From: the human T2T-CHM13v2.0 reference genome, Homo sapiens
Direction: 5' to 3' (one strand)
DNA: 64,000 nucleotides
NCBI RefSeq assembly: GCF_009914755.1
Contig: NC_060935.1
A program made the position numbers and the translations under genes. The notes below the pieces were generated by a model that ran no database searches, was not told where the DNA came from, and was given only the letters and a program-made list of their open reading frames with translations. This document shows, in pieces, positions 49,599-64,000 of this stretch. Position 1 is the first letter of the stretch. Each line of letters starts with the position of its first letter.

Positions 49599-51405
49599 CT
49601 ACAGCAGTGGGCTGGTTAGAGTGTCCCAGGCAGAGAGAACAGCTTATGCCAAGGCTCACAGGGAGAGAAGAGCACGATACAGCTAGGGAACTCCAAGTAC
49701 TAAGAGTTGAGTAAGTTGGGAGCAGAGATAGGGATGGTGGTAAACAAATGACTGAGGAGACAGGCCATGTTCACATCCTATAAAGGCTTCTGGTAGAATC
49801 CAGGGTCTGTCCCGACTCCCTGGGCTCTAGATCCATCATCAGTTATCAACTTGTCTGTACCACCTGAATTGAGTCACCAAACTTCTCTGGGTCTGAAATT
49901 TAGCTGAAAATTAGCATGGTTACATGAGTTCCCTTCTAAGCTCCCTTAGAGTTCCAATAATAAAACTAGCAAGACTGATTTGTGCTATTCCACTTAATCC
50001 TCATATTAAACTCTCTGAGTTACCATCACCCCCATTTAGTAGATGAGAGAAGATAAATTTAAAGAAGGTTAAGTGATTATATTCTGTAAGTCTATGATTT
50101 TCTGAAAGAAACTGCCCTCAAGCTTTCTGGCTGAATAACTGAGTCCTTTGCTGTCAGAAGAACTTTATTCACAGAAGAGGAAGATGACTTGCTAATAACA
50201 ACAATGATAATAATTGTTGTTACTATTGATCGAGCACTTTCTCTTTGCCAGACATTGCATTCATGCTGTGTATAGACATGCATCCATTTTTAATTGTCAC
50301 AGCAATCTTAAGAGGTAGGGACTTTCATTATCCCCGTTTCAGAGATAAGGAAAACAGTGGTCAATCAACATGGCCAATGTCACATAGCCACTGGTAAGGC
50401 GAGAGCCAGGAGGTGGCCCCAGGTGGATGATTCCACTCTGAACTCCTAATGACTTCTCTGTGAGGCTTAAAAGGAGCAAAGCTCTATAAGCTCAAGCTGT
50501 GGAACTGCACACGAGGAAGTTGAGGCCTGGAAGGTGACAGAATGAGCCCAAGGTCCTATAGGAAGGCAGCAGTGGAAATGGTTTTGTGCCATTAATATCA
50601 ACAATAGTAACAGTAGCGAAGTCTGGCTTAGCAGGGTGGTCAGAACATGAACTCATGTCTGAGTCTGAATCCTCGCTCCACCACTTAGTAGCTGTACAAC
50701 CGTGGGCAAAGTTTTAGTTTTCTGAGCCTCAGTTACTTTACTTATAGAAAAGGGATAATAGTACCTACCTCACAGGGTTGTACAGGGGCTTAAAGAGTTC
50801 TATGAGAGCTCTACTGAAGTGTTTGCTGTCATTGATTTGCTACCTGCTCTGTGCCAGGTATGGTGTTGATATACTTTATCTTTAATTCCCACAGAAACCT
50901 TTGGAAAGAGATTATTATTCCTGTTTTCTAGATGGAGAAATAAGCTTAGAGAAATTAAATAATGTATCTAAAGTTACATGGCATGAAAGGTGTAGAAGCT
51001 GGATTGGAACCTGTGACTGATTTCCAAATCTATGTTATATCCCACAATAATCTCTCCCCCATGTATACGGCTTTGCAGAGAGCACTGACATCCATAACCT
51101 CATTACTATGAAGTATCTGGCCTATTTTTAAATGCTGATGATTTTTGTATCTCTATGACAGGTGTGTGTATGCGAGGAGGGGATGATGAACAAGAAAGCA
51201 CACCACAAGCAGGATGGATGACTGCATTCAAGTGTCATCTATTATTCTATAACAGAAATATAATTATTCTATAAGGATAGTAACAACCCATCCCATGTGC
51301 AGAACACTCTATGATTCAGAAAATCCTTTTACACCCATTATCTCATTGCATCCCCACGACAGTCCTGTGGTGGGGGAAGTAGAGCTAATTATATTATCTT
51401 CCATT

Positions 51406-51793
51406 TGTAGCAGCCACTCTTGGTTGCATAGCAATACCTACTGCCCTCCTAACAGAATCCTGACTTTGCTCAGCTAGCCACACTGTGGTTATGTGTCTCA
51501 GTTGGAAGATCCTGACTGGCAAGTTACAAAAGTCCCCTTCCTCATGAGGGAATCTGGACCACCGGCCAATCTGATATGAGGAGAGGTCTGGGGGTTCCCT
51601 GGACGGGGAATCATCCGGACACAATGCCTGGGACTGTAGCAGTGGAAGCCAAGAAGCTGAATCTGAGCCTTGATGAACATGCCTGGAATTGCCCTATCTC
51701 TGGACTTCTTGCTAAATGAGATAATAAATGTTGAAGCTAACGATAATCATTGAAGCCGGTTTGAGTTGCGGTTTTGCATAAGGCATCCTAAGA
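51406..51793 (+). mobile_element. Old MLT1 (J/K-like) MaLR LTR
   Basis: tgtagcagcc...ctaacagaatcctgactttg...ctctggacttcttgctaaatgagataataaa...tttgagttg; highly diverged. Confidence 0.5.
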
Positions 51794-54761
51794 TCTCCTA
51801 CCTCACTGTAGACAGAGTCTTCATAAAAACCCACTCCCACTGCTTTCGTTTCCACCCTTATTGTTGAGCCATGTCCTTTGCTAAGTAAGACTGTGCTGCT
51901 CTCATGGAGTTGCCAGCAACCCCCAGCTCAGTTTTTTGGTTCCCTCTCCACCACCATGCACATCTCCTGCATGCCCCGTGTCTGTCCCCAGGTCAGGACT
52001 TGCCACAGGGTAGCCATAAAGGAATCACACCTGCAAGAAGCCTGATCAGTTTGGTTGCATAATGATTCTGAGGCTTTTGCTTCTTCAACCGATAAGTAGG
52101 ATAATAATATCCGCTTTGCAGACTGCTTGTGGGGCAGGGAGAGGGTGGCATCCTCAGTCTCCCTCCAAGGAAATGCCACTTGCCTTAATCAGTAATAATC
52201 CTTGCATCTTCTGGTTGGCAAGTACCATGTGCCAGGCACTGGGACCCAGTGGTGAGTGAGCAGAGCCACCCCTGTTCTTGTGACACTCCTTGTCTAACAA
52301 GGCAGATACAATACATGCTTGGAGGCCTTGTCCCACATTAGCTCCAGGTCCACTCGCGGCTGTGGCCTCCTCTGAAAACCAGTAATCAGGAGTTGTCCTC
52401 TTCCTCAGGGATGAGGCCAGAGTCCATGGACTCACCCTGGGCTCCTGTTTCCTGTCTGCTTAAGTGATTGACAAGTGGCTGACACCCTGGGCGCAAGTCT
52501 CAGAGGGTCCCCTGCAGTGAGTCCGGGAATCACAGCATCTCAAGTGGTCATGCTGGGCCCTGCCCCTCTGGCTCTCCTCACACCCCCAATAGGCCCTGTG
52601 GCCCAGGGATGCATTCACACTCACTGGAAAGTTGTTCCTCTTCTTGCTGCCAATTTTCCACCCAGCTGCAACATCCAACAATCCAGCCAGGCCTGTACTT
52701 ATGCACATCCCTCAGAAGGGCTTATACAAAGCGCAACAGATGGCTCTCCACGTCAAAAATTATTTCCTGATGCCCAGCTGAGATGTCCCAGACCCTGCAG
52801 TGCCCATTAGTGCTAAATCCCTGTTTCTCCTGCCCTTTGGAAACTTGTTATTCTCTGAGATGCTCTGGCAAAGTCTCTGAGCTCAGCCTTTTTAAAGCAG
52901 CCCTGAGCATTGTCCTTGCTGGTCCCCTGCAAGGGTCTCCAGGGCAGCTCTCGCAGTTACTGACCACACAGTGGCCTGGGTCTGAGGAGTTAGCTCCCTG
53001 TGACCTTTCCCGAGGCACTTGGCACTTTCCTGGCCTCTGGCCTTTGCTTGACTATTTCTTTGACCTTCAATACCCTTGCCGGTATCTTTTCTTGAAGGCT
53101 CAGTTCAAATGCCACATTCATAGGAGGAGGAAAAATAATTCACACTTTTTGAGCACCTAGTGTATAAAATGTTCTCAAAATCTCACAGTCTATTCACATT
53201 TGTTAGTCATTCATGCATTCACTCACTCATTCAACAAGTATTTATAGAAAGCCATGCTTGTGTCAGGCCTTGGGTCAGGAACTGGTGATAGACCAGTGAT
53301 GCTGCCCTCAGGAAACTTACCAAAGAGTGGGTTGCCCACTCTATGTCAAACACTCTTAGTGCCTTATTTTAAAACAAACCTGTTAGATATTTTAATATCT
53401 GTTTGCAGATGATGAAAACTACTGCTATTGTCACAAGTCAGCTAAACTGTGCCCTAGTCTGTGCTTTTGTTTGTCATCCATTCGACGACACATTCCTGAT
53501 GCTCATGGTGTCCTGCCTTGGGCTCTAGGGACACAGATGCATGGGTCATGGCTCTATGGGGGTTCTGATGAAAAACCGACTGGCTTTTGCACAGTGTGGT
53601 ACATACTGGAGACTAGCGGCTTCCTGAAGGCAGGGAGAGGCCTTGCCTGGCATGTGCCAAGCCTGGCAGTGGGGACACGCTGCCCCCAGGGCATGCCTAC
53701 CAACTGTGGAGAGGAATCAGAAGACACGGCAGGGCCTGTCACCCTCCTCTAGAGGCCTTTGAGGCCAAGCCTCTCTCCTGAGTGCTGTCCTATCCTGTGG
53801 GGGTGGGGCTGGGTGGGCTCAGTGGGGTGGCAGCTCATGAGAGGGAGGCAGGAGCCCTGGCTTTTGGCCTCTGGGTCTCACTTTCTTTGTGACCTTGAGC
53901 AAATCACTAACCCAAACAGGACTTCATTTTCTCAGCTATAAAATGGAGGACTCAGGGAATGTTCTAGAGAAAATGGATGGTCATCTGTCTGTCAAGGGTC
54001 ATGTGGAGAGGATTCCAGGAGTGAGGAGGAGTGGGAGGCAGGCAGGAAAAAGCCCTGGGCTCTTCGGACTCTGGCTTTCTCTGGGCCACCAGTTTCTTCT
54101 CTGAAAAATGAGGGAAGCAGGCTAGAGACTCAGGAAGGTTTAAGTTCAAACCCCATCTCTGCGTCTTACTTTGTAATCTGTAATAGGTGACTTAATCTCT
54201 CTGAGCCTTAGATTCCTCCAAAAGCAAAATGGGGATTTACAACCTCTGCCTTGTTACACTCATGTAAGGCTTAGAGTATCCTAAATGAAGCCTAGTAAAG
54301 TATTTGGCACAGAGCAAATATCCAGTAAATGTTAATTCCCCCTTCTCTGAAGGGCTAGATACCCTTGAGAGTTCTTGAAAGGAAAAGTTTTGGTGACATA
54401 GTTTCCCCTCCGAGGTGTCAGTGAGATGAGTGTGGATTGCATTCGCCATTTGGGATCAGAGTCCCACTGGTGAACTAAACTTTGAAAATCGGTAACTCTC
54501 CAACCTCTTACTGTTATCCGCCCTGTTACTCTGCCCAAATCCAGTGCCTGAATCCCATCTACAATGTGGTTGCTGCTGACATGACAAGGGACTCACTACT
54601 CACTCCAGAGGCAATCTATTTCAGTTGCATTGAGCTCTGATTGCCATAATGTTCTTCCTTCTAATGCACCAAAATACTGTCATTACTGCTGCTGCTGCTA
54701 CGCTACCTCTACTACCGGTAACCACAGCCAATATGGCATAGTGATTAAGCACGGATTCTAG

Positions 54762-54981
54762 AGCTGTGCTGTCCAATATGGTAGCGATTTTAACTATAAA
54801 TTTTAATATTTAATATTATTTATTTAAATATTTAATATTATAAGAACAAGTCTCAGCTCCTCAGGCATAACAGCAACATTTCAAGCGATCAGTGGTTCCA
54901 CGCAGCTAGTGGCTACCGTATTGGACAGTACAAGTTCTAGACCATTTCTGTTACAGCAGTGAGTTCTACTGGAGAGTGCTG
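54762..54981. mobile_element. MER3-like hAT-Charlie element splitting a MIR
   Basis: ctgtgctgtccaatatggtagc...gctagtggctaccgtattggacagtac; the MIR core resumes at about 54995-55170. Confidence 0.7.
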
Positions 54982-56568
54982 CTGTAGTGCTAGCATGTCA
55001 AGGGCGGAATCCTGGCCCTACCACTTAAGGTGTGATCTTATTCAAGTCACTTAACTTCTCTGTACTTCAGTTTCCTCATCTGTAAAATGGGGATAAAAAT
55101 GGTATCTGCCTCACAAGGCTGTTTGTGAGAATTAAATGAGTTAATACATGCCAAGTGCTTAAGACTGTGGTGGCTTTACAATGCTCACTTATTCATAAAA
55201 ACCACCACCAGTTTGGTACCTACTCCGTGCCATGTCCTATGTATTATTTGATGTACACATGCCATACAGATTTTTTTTTTTGATCATACTGGAATGAGTA
55301 TCTTTGCAAGCTAAAAGACAAATTGCTGGGCCAAAAAAATTAATATTTAAAAAATTTAAAAGATAATGCCAAATTACTTTCCAAAAGAGAATGTATAGAT
55401 TTTATACTCTTACTAATAATGTGTGCTTCTCCACAACCTAAGCAACCCTGGGTAGTCTTAACTTTTTAAATCCTTACTGACCTGATAGGCGTAAAATAGT
55501 TTAAAGCCATTTTGATATTCATTACTTTAACTATTACTGAGTTTGAGCATTTTTCTATGTTTACCAGATATTATAATATTTACTCATTCAAGAATTGCCA
55601 TACTTATCTTTGTACATTTTTTGTGTTGTTTATTTTATCTATTTATTGATTGGTAGGGCTTTCTGTACGTTAAAGAAGTTAACCTATCTTATAAAATGCA
55701 AATATTTTCCTTGTTTCCTTTGACATAGCTTTGTTTTTTGTTCTTTTTAAATTTTTTTTTTATTGCCATGCAGAAATGCTTAACCTGTCTGTCTCAGTCA
55801 TTTTCTTTACGGCTGCTGGGTTCAATGAAGGTCAGCCAAGTTACCGAGCTACTTCCTGCCATCAGCTTTGCCCAGGCTCCCCCTCTGGGTCTACAGGCAG
55901 CACAGAAGCTCAGAGACAGAATAGAGGTGCCACTCCATGCCCTCCCGTGTGCATTCAGGAGGCCCTATGCATCTAATGGAGCCTTTTCTTCCTTTCAAAT
56001 CCCTGGTGTCCCTCCAAGGTGTATCAAGAGATGAAGCACAATGTCTTTAGAACATTGATTTTCATTTAGAATATACTAGGAGCAATTCCCTTTTTTTCTA
56101 CTGGGCTCCTCTTACTCCTAGAATGGAGAAGCAGGGATGCTGGGGTAGATAAAATGTGATACAAATTTGCAGTTTCCAAGGAAATTCTAACTTGGGTGTT
56201 GGCTGAAGGAGTGAAGTGAGATTTCTGAAAGTTCTATAACTCAAAGAAACATCTCTGAAATTAAGAATTTTTAATTTGGCAGAAGGAAGAAAATGGATAT
56301 TAATCAAACACATACTGTATTCCAGACACTGAGCTAAGTGATTTTATATCTTATTTTCATAAAATCTTTTCCCCTTCTGTGGTTTTCAGTACAATCCTCC
56401 CCGCTTTCAGATGAGGGAACTGTAGCTTGGGGAGATTACATGGGAACCTGTCATATTGTAAGTGGATGAGGTGGCTTTTGCCCAGGTTCTCTGACCCCTG
56501 GCATAGTAGTTAAAGGCTGTAGGAGCCAAATGGGCAAATTTTATCTTGGTTCTTTGGGTGACTGCCAG

Positions 56569-56886
56569 TTTGGTTTTTGTTGTTGTTTGTTTTTTGAGAC
56601 AGAGTCTCGCTCTGTCGTCCGCCTAGAGCGCAGTGGTGTGATCTCGGCTCACTGCAACCTCCGCCTCCCTCCACCTCCCGAGTTCAAGCTATTCTCCTGC
56701 CTCAGCCTCCTGAGTAGCTGGGAATACAGGCATCTGCCATGATGCCTGACTAATTTTTGTATTTTTAGTAGAGATGGGGTTTTGCCATATTGGCCAGGCT
56801 GGTCTTGAACTCCTGACCTCAGGTGATCCATCCACCTTGGCCTCCCAAAGTGCTGGGATTGCAGGCGTGAGTGACCCCACTCGGCT
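56569..56886 (-). mobile_element. AluSx-like
   Basis: Full dimer with ctcctgacctcaggtgatcc and a small internal duplication (ccgcctccct-ccacctcccg). Confidence 0.85.
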
Positions 56887-57991
56887 GGTCATTGTCATTT
56901 TCATCGTAAGCAAATCACTTAACCTCTGTGAGTCCAGTTCCCTCAACTGTCAAATGAAGATAATTATATTCCCTTATACAGATTCCATGAGGGTTAAATA
57001 GGAAAAGGAATATATAAACACATAGTCTAATGTCTGGCCCACAGGAAAGGCTTAATACATTTTAGGTATAATAATAAGAACAGCAGCAGCAACAACTATT
57101 TTATTGCTTCCTCCCCATCATATTATTTCTCTATCAATCATAGTTTTCCAGCTGGGTACTTTCGTATTCTCAGTCTACTTGGTGGTGCTGATGATATAAT
57201 AACAGTGATGTTCATAGCAGCTTTATTCATAATAGTCTGGAAACTTTCCAAATGCCTATCAACAGGTGAACTGATACATAAATTGTAGTATATTCATACA
57301 ATGAGAAGCTTCACAGCAATTAAAAAAAAACTATTGATAAATGCAACAGCATGGATGCATCTCACAGATTCTTTTTCACAGATTCATTCATGTTGAGTGA
57401 AAGAAGCCAGATGCAAGAGTCCACACCACATGATTCTGTTTCTATACAACTTAATTTGAAAACTAAGCAATACTTACAGAAGTGAGAATAGTAGTTGTCT
57501 CAGGGTAGGTGAGTGCATGAAGGAATCTTATACGTTTGCTAAAAATGTTTTATATCTTGATTTGGGCTATGGCTGCAGGGAAGGATACATTGCAAAATAT
57601 CATTGTACATGTAAGTGTACTTTACACACTGTAATGCATGCATGTTATTCCTTGAAATTCTTAAGGGAGGGCAAATAAAATGTAAATCTAAAAAATGATA
57701 AATGTGAAGGTGCTACATTCAAATAATAAAAATAGTAGTTACCATTATAGCCACTTTCTATCTTGTAGGCACTGTGGAGGACCTTATTTATTCTATCTCA
57801 TCTAATCTTCATTACAACTCAGAGAAGTAGGTACTACTCTTATTTCTATTTGATAGATGAAGAAACTGACGGTAAGGCAGGTTACGTTTTTTCCCCCAGG
57901 CCATTCACCCACACAGGGCCAGGACTCAGGGCTGGCTCTGTCTAGGCTGGTGCTATTACCTCTTGACAACACAAGGGACTCTCATGTAAGG

Positions 57992-58495
57992 TGTAGCCAG
58001 GTTGAAGATGGATGCTGCTGAGCTTCACTTTCTGATATTCACGCCCTTGTATAATTCAGCTCAGTAGAGCGGACCTGTGATACCAATAGGATATTGTGGA
58101 AATAGAGAGTTTGACTTCCAAGGCTAGCACATAGAAGATATTGTGGTTTACTCCCTAGGTTTGCTCAGATAACTTGCTCTGGAAGAAACCAGCTGCCATG
58201 TTGTGAGGATACTCAAGTAGCTATGGAGGGGTCCACGCGTAAGAAACTGAGGCCTCCTGCCAACAGCCAGTATCAGTTTGTCAACTGTGTGAGTGAGCTA
58301 CCTTAGTCACCAATGGTCCAGCCCTGGTCAGGTCTTCAGATGGCTGTAACCCTGGCTGACACAAAAAGTCAGATCACTGCCTGTGGCTGCCTGTGGATTC
58401 CTGACTCTCAGAAACTGTGTAAAATAATAAATGTTGTTGTGCTAAGCAGCTACATTTTGGGGCAATTTGTTATGTAGCAATTGAAAACTAATGCA
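57992..58495 (+). mobile_element. MLT1F-type MaLR solo LTR
   Basis: TG...CA termini with perfect 5-bp TSD taagg (57987-57991 and 58496-58500); AATAAA near the 3' end. Confidence 0.85.
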
Positions 58496-58692
58496 TAAGG
58501 CCTATTTGAATTCAATGGTAAGCAGCTCTCACTGATGAGCTTATATCTTAAAGAAGTCACACATACACACAAAAAGAAATCACAAGACCAATAATCTGTG
58601 CCCCACCTCAGAGCTCAGATGCAGGTAGCTGTTTCTCAATGTGTAGCCTGGGTTTTAAATTGTTCCTTGGTTTTCACAATCCCCCCACTCCC

Positions 58693-58989
<297 letters not shown>

Positions 58990-59781
58990 ACGATTCCCTT
59001 TATATTTTTATTTTTGTGCTCTGTCCACACAGCTAAGGTCCAGACCTCAGCCACTGCACACTTTAGCTGGGTCCTCACAACTCTAATCCTATAGGCCTGA
59101 ATAATGTCAAATCTTACAGAGAAGAAATAAAAATTTGCAACTTGTTTATTAATAAGTTAGTCCTATTGAAGGCCAAAAACAGTTCAGCTGTGTTTGTTAT
59201 CAACTCTCCTCCTTACACGTTATTATTGTTATGTTCTATTAACATTAACCAGAGGTTACGTTTTGGTCAGAACTTAGAAATTAAAGACTGAAAGAGTCAC
59301 AGGATGTGGGAAAGCATCTAGAAATATTTTTGGTCCAGTCCTTCTGTCTGAGGCAGATGTTTTAACTATGTTCAAATACAATCCAGAGTTAGAGAGCCAC
59401 ATATTTTTTGGTGGCAACTTCTGCTGTTTACTTTTTGTTTAATCCCAGTAATCAAATAAATGTCTTCTCCATTTCACACAAATTTCTACTGCTTTCATTT
59501 CAGTTCCTTTTCTTCTGCTTCATCTTCTGAGAACATGAAGAACAAGTGTTAAGAACTCTCTTTAGAGAAATCCTTCATAGATTCACAGAGATTAATTAAA
59601 TCACAGTTCAGCCATCTCATCTTCAAGTTAAACAGCTCTAGTTCCTCTGCGCTAACTCATGGGGGTTTTTCCATTCCTTTCGTCCCAGGTAGAGCCGTCC
59701 CTGGATGCTCCCTCTCTTCGGAGCAGCAGTGCTTAATGAATGCAGCAATGGCCTAGCGTGGAGTATAAAAATGATGGTTTA

Positions 59782-60088
59782 GGCTGGGCACCATGGCTCA
59801 CGCCTGTAATCCTAGCACTTTGGGAGGCTGAGGCAGGCAGATCACTTGAGCCCAGGAGTTTGAGACCAGCCTGGACAACATAACGAAACCCCATCTCTAC
59901 TAAAAGAAAAAAAAATACAAAAAATTAGCCGAGTGTGGTGGCATATAATTGTAGTCCCAGTTACTCAGGAGGCTAAGGTGGGAGAGTCACCTGAGCCCGG
60001 GGAAGTCGAGGCTGCTGTGAGCATGATTGCACCACCATACTCCAGCCTGGGTGACAGGAGTGAGGCTTTGTTTAAAAAAAAAAAAAAA
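59782..60088 (+). mobile_element. AluJ
   Basis: gatcacttgagcccaggagtttgag...gaggctgctgtgagcatgattgc, with A tail. Confidence 0.85.
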
Positions 60089-63000
60089 GATGATTTGGCA
60101 TTTTGGCCTCCTTTATTGGGTCCCAGGGTCACTTTAGAACTTATTTTAAGTTTTAGACTCACAGATATGTTAGAGGTACAGGAGTCACTTTGTTCTAACC
60201 CATAATTTTATAGCTGAAGAAGCATGGGTCAAAGAAGACAGCTCAAGGTTACTCAGACAGAGTGGCTGAGCTGTATTTGGAACCCAGGTGTTCTGACTTC
60301 GCATCATGAGTCTCCAGTCTCTTCTGCTCAGCTTGGGGTCGCCTGGCTGTGGCCTCCCACCTGCTCTGAATGTCTGTCCTCAAATTCCCACTGAGAACAA
60401 TAGGACCGGAGCACCCTGCCGCTGGCACAGAGGACAATCTCCATGGCAGCGCTGTTTGAAACAGGGAAGACAGAAAACCCCGGGGCACCCTATGCCATGG
60501 ACTATTCTGAAGCTGTTAAAAAGAATGAGGATGATCTAAATATACTGCGAGGGAGTAATCCACGAGATATACTGTTCAGTGGAAAAAAACAACTTGCAGA
60601 GCAGCAAATAAAGTATACGATTCCATGTGTGTTTGAAAGGAGTACACAAACACACAGATAGGAGTCTGTATAGAAATTCCTAGAAAGATACATATAAAAC
60701 TGTGAACGACAGGATGGGTGTTGATGCTAAAGACCTTTACTTTTCATTTTACACCCTTTAGCAGCGCTTGAATTTTTAACCATGTGATTTTATTACTTTT
60801 ATAATAAAAATCATATAAATATTTAAAATGTTCATGCCGGGGATTTTCAGTTTGTTTTACTTGTCATGCTTCTCTGTTCTTTGACTTTTTCAACTACCAT
60901 GTGTTAACTTGCATAATTAGAAAAAGGATATTAAAAAGAAATACACATGAGCAATAATGTTCTGCATCTGAATACTTGTTTTATAGCAGTGCTGTTAGGA
61001 CACAGGGCCCAGAGAGATGATAAATGCTGCATAGGTGAGATCAGACTGTAACCTGGCAGTGATTTCTCAGATGGCGCATGGGGTGTCTGCGTGTGTGCCT
61101 GTGTATGTGGAGCTGTGTGCAGCTTGTTTTTGGTAGTCACAATGACTAAGATGGCTGCTACCGGCACTGAATACACTGAAGCTGAGAATGCTAAGACTGT
61201 CCTGCCCAAAATCCCAGGGTAGCCCTCCTGAGAAACACTGGTAGAATATTTAAAATAAAAGTTTTACAATGTCTCTATCTAGTCCCTTATTTGAACTTCA
61301 CATCCCTTTTGAGGTTAAAAAAAAAAGGATTCATTATTGCCTCTTGTTGATAGGAAGGAAACATCTGAGAGGTAGGTTACTCGAAGGTCTCAGAAAGGGA
61401 GCTTTCTCTGAGAAAGAAAGGCAGGATGGTAGCAAGATTGTACCGAGCAACCAAGAGGCAAGAGCACTTGTTGAATGCTTGTGCATATAAACACTGTACC
61501 ACAACTGTGACATCCCTTACCACAGTTAATAGGGTGGTATTCTCCCTATTTTACAGGTGAGTAAACTGAAGCCTTGTATTAGACCACCAGCCCTAGGGCA
61601 CTTGGCTAGTAAGTGGCTCAGCTCAAACCTGGGTCTGTAGGAGGTTTCTAAAGCCCTTGCTCGTCACATTTCCCCATGTGGCCTCTCTCACAGCCATGCA
61701 GGGAGACCAGGTGGCACCTGGAAGCAATTTCTCCCTTGGTTTTCCCCATGGACCCATGCTACTTTGGTAGGGAATTCACAGTAGGAAATTAACCTCTGTC
61801 TGCAAGGGCCAATTATACAGTCTAGGATTAAAAAAGAAATGTGGGCCCAGACCCAGGCAAAACACTGGCTTCCTCACCCTGTGCTGCTGCTGGTGGAGGT
61901 GGCTGGGATGGGAACAGGAGGGGTGGCAGGAAACCCCATTCTATTTTGAGAAAATAGTTGTGTTTGATTATCCAATAATACCAAGCTATAAGGCTGGGAC
62001 AACTATGGATTTTCCCTAAATTTGAAAAATAGTGACTCATTAACTTCCCACTCTGAAGGTAGATCTATTCAAAAGAAATTTAATTCCCTGTAACAAGCAC
62101 TAAGGAGGAGTCAGAGTTACTGCAGAGGCAGACTTCTGTTAGGAAAAGGAGTTCAGACCTGAGAGCACCTGCTGGTGCACAGCAAAGGAGAACGAGCAGC
62201 TTCTAAGAGGACTTCCTGCCATCCCACTGACCTTGGCTTCTCTCACTGTGTCCTCTAATGCAGGCACATGGACTTTTTGTTGCATTTGTATTTTATACTT
62301 TGTCCAGTTCTCATATCCTTAAGACTCATGTCAGGCATGACCTCTTCCGGGAAGTCCTCACTGAGTAGTCTAGTTGGCTCAGGGACTCCCAAACCCCTAG
62401 TATTGCCTTCTCTCTTGTACTGATCTCATTTGACCAAGGACTCTTTCTCTGATTACACTGTGCATTGCTTTAGGTTAGAAGACATAGCTCATTCATCTCA
62501 GGATTCCATGGCTTAAAAGAGCACGGGCACTCAGACTTGCCTTCTGGATTTGTGGTGGTATGTGAACTCATTTTTCCTGCCGAAGATAGTTTTGATGTGG
62601 ATCTTGAGAAAGAACGGGACTTCACCAGGTGGGTGAGAGAAAGGCAGAAGAAATAGCATGGACAAAAGAAAGCGTAGAGCCATGGGAATATATGATTAAG
62701 AAATAGGTTGTGAGTAGGAAGTAGAGAAGGTGTTTTGTCCAGCTTTTGAAATCAATCTTGTGGGGATAACCTACAATCTCACTTACTATCTGCGTGACCG
62801 GAGGCAATTTACTTAGCTCTTTGCCCTTTGCTTTTCTCATTATAAGACTTTAATTAGGTGTATATAAATGGCTTACCACAGCACCAGGCATTCAGTGGGC
62901 ACTCAATAAATTGTGGTTTTAAATATTATTATTCTGAAAGGGGAGGCATAATTCTCTTGTGGGATGACCTGGGTTCCACTGCTTCTTGGTGTTGTTTGCT

Positions 63001-63309
63001 TAGAAGTCCAGGATTTAATAACCAACCTGTGCTATTATCTTTATTCATTCAGGTACTTAATTCACCCATTTAATTGATTGTTGAACAGCTACTATTGGCA
63101 ACATGTTGTGATATGCCGTGATAGCCTCAATGCAAGATGAATTCCCAGCCATTAAAAAGTTCAAAATCTTTCAAGGGGCATGAAGCATAGACCCAAAGCT
63201 ATGATCAAGACAGAGTCAAAGGGGAGTTGAGGAAAAGGTGCTAAGGGAGCCTGGAGGAAGAGGGGGCATTACTAGAAGGAGAAATTCATTTATGAAAAAG
63301 GGGAATTTA

Positions 63310-64000
63310 TGTCTTTTTCTGGTTGCTTTTTAAGATTTTCTCTTTATAATTGATTTTCAGCAATTTTATTACGGTTTTGTGTTTATTCCTGTGACTTGTT
63401 GAGTTTCCTGGATTTGTGGGCTTAATTTACATCAAATTTGAAAAAATCTCAGCTATTATTTTTACTGTTTTCATCTCTCTCTTCTCCTTGTGGGACTCTA
63501 ATTACATGTTAGACCACTTGACATTGTCCCTCAGGTCACTGAAGTTCTGTTCATTTTTTTCAGCCTTTATTCTTCTCTCTTTCTGCTTCAGTTTGGATAG
63601 TTTTTATTGCCCTGTATTCAAATTCATGAAACTTTTTATTCCACAGTGTACAATCTGCTGTTAAACCCAACAGTGAACTTTTTATTTCAGATACTACATT
63701 TTTCAATTCAAGAATTTCAATTTGGTTCCATTTCTCTATGAAGATGTTCTGTTTGCTCACTCATTATATTCATATTTTTCTCTAATTCCTTGAACAGATT
63801 TATAGTATCTATTTTCAAAGTCCTTATTTGCTAATTCCATAATTCCTGTAATCTATGTTTCTACTGAGTAATCTTTCTCTTGGTTATGAGTTCCCTATCC
63901 TTCTTCTATGCACACATAATTTTTTATTGTATACTGCACATTATGGATATTAAGATGTTTGGGGTCTGGATTTTGTTGTCTTCCCTAAAAAAATGTTGAG
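63310..64000 (-). mobile_element. Old L1M fragment (ORF1 region), running off the window end
   Basis: ORF 63560-63760 NQIEILELKNVVSEIKSSL resembles the L1 ORF1p coiled coil. Confidence 0.7.

Overview
Human genomic DNA (a human-specific AluYb8 is present), almost entirely intronic and rich in repeats: Alu, MIR, L1, L2, MaLR and ERV1 LTRs, and hAT and Tc1/mariner DNA transposons. The only credible coding feature is one 210-bp, frame-preserving (phase 1-1) exon on the minus strand at 32168-32377. It has a canonical acceptor (...ttcgcag) and donor (G|gtaagt) and encodes [71 protein letters not shown] recognise this from memory as a segment of the teneurin-4 (TENM4/ODZ4, 11q14.1) intracellular domain that is present in long mouse isoforms but skipped in the canonical human protein. 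The window is therefore a large TENM4 intron around a cassette exon. All other ORFs are transposon remnants or chance ORFs. No new multi-gene system is supported. The best leads are the regulation of this cassette exon (CpG/G4-rich island, long AG-exclusion zone, in-frame upstream ATG, distal UGCAUG cluster), a perfect MADE1 miR-548-like hairpin, a phased M-box tandem repeat and a young AluYb8. Gene and repeat-subfamily names come from recalled consensus sequences, not from searches.
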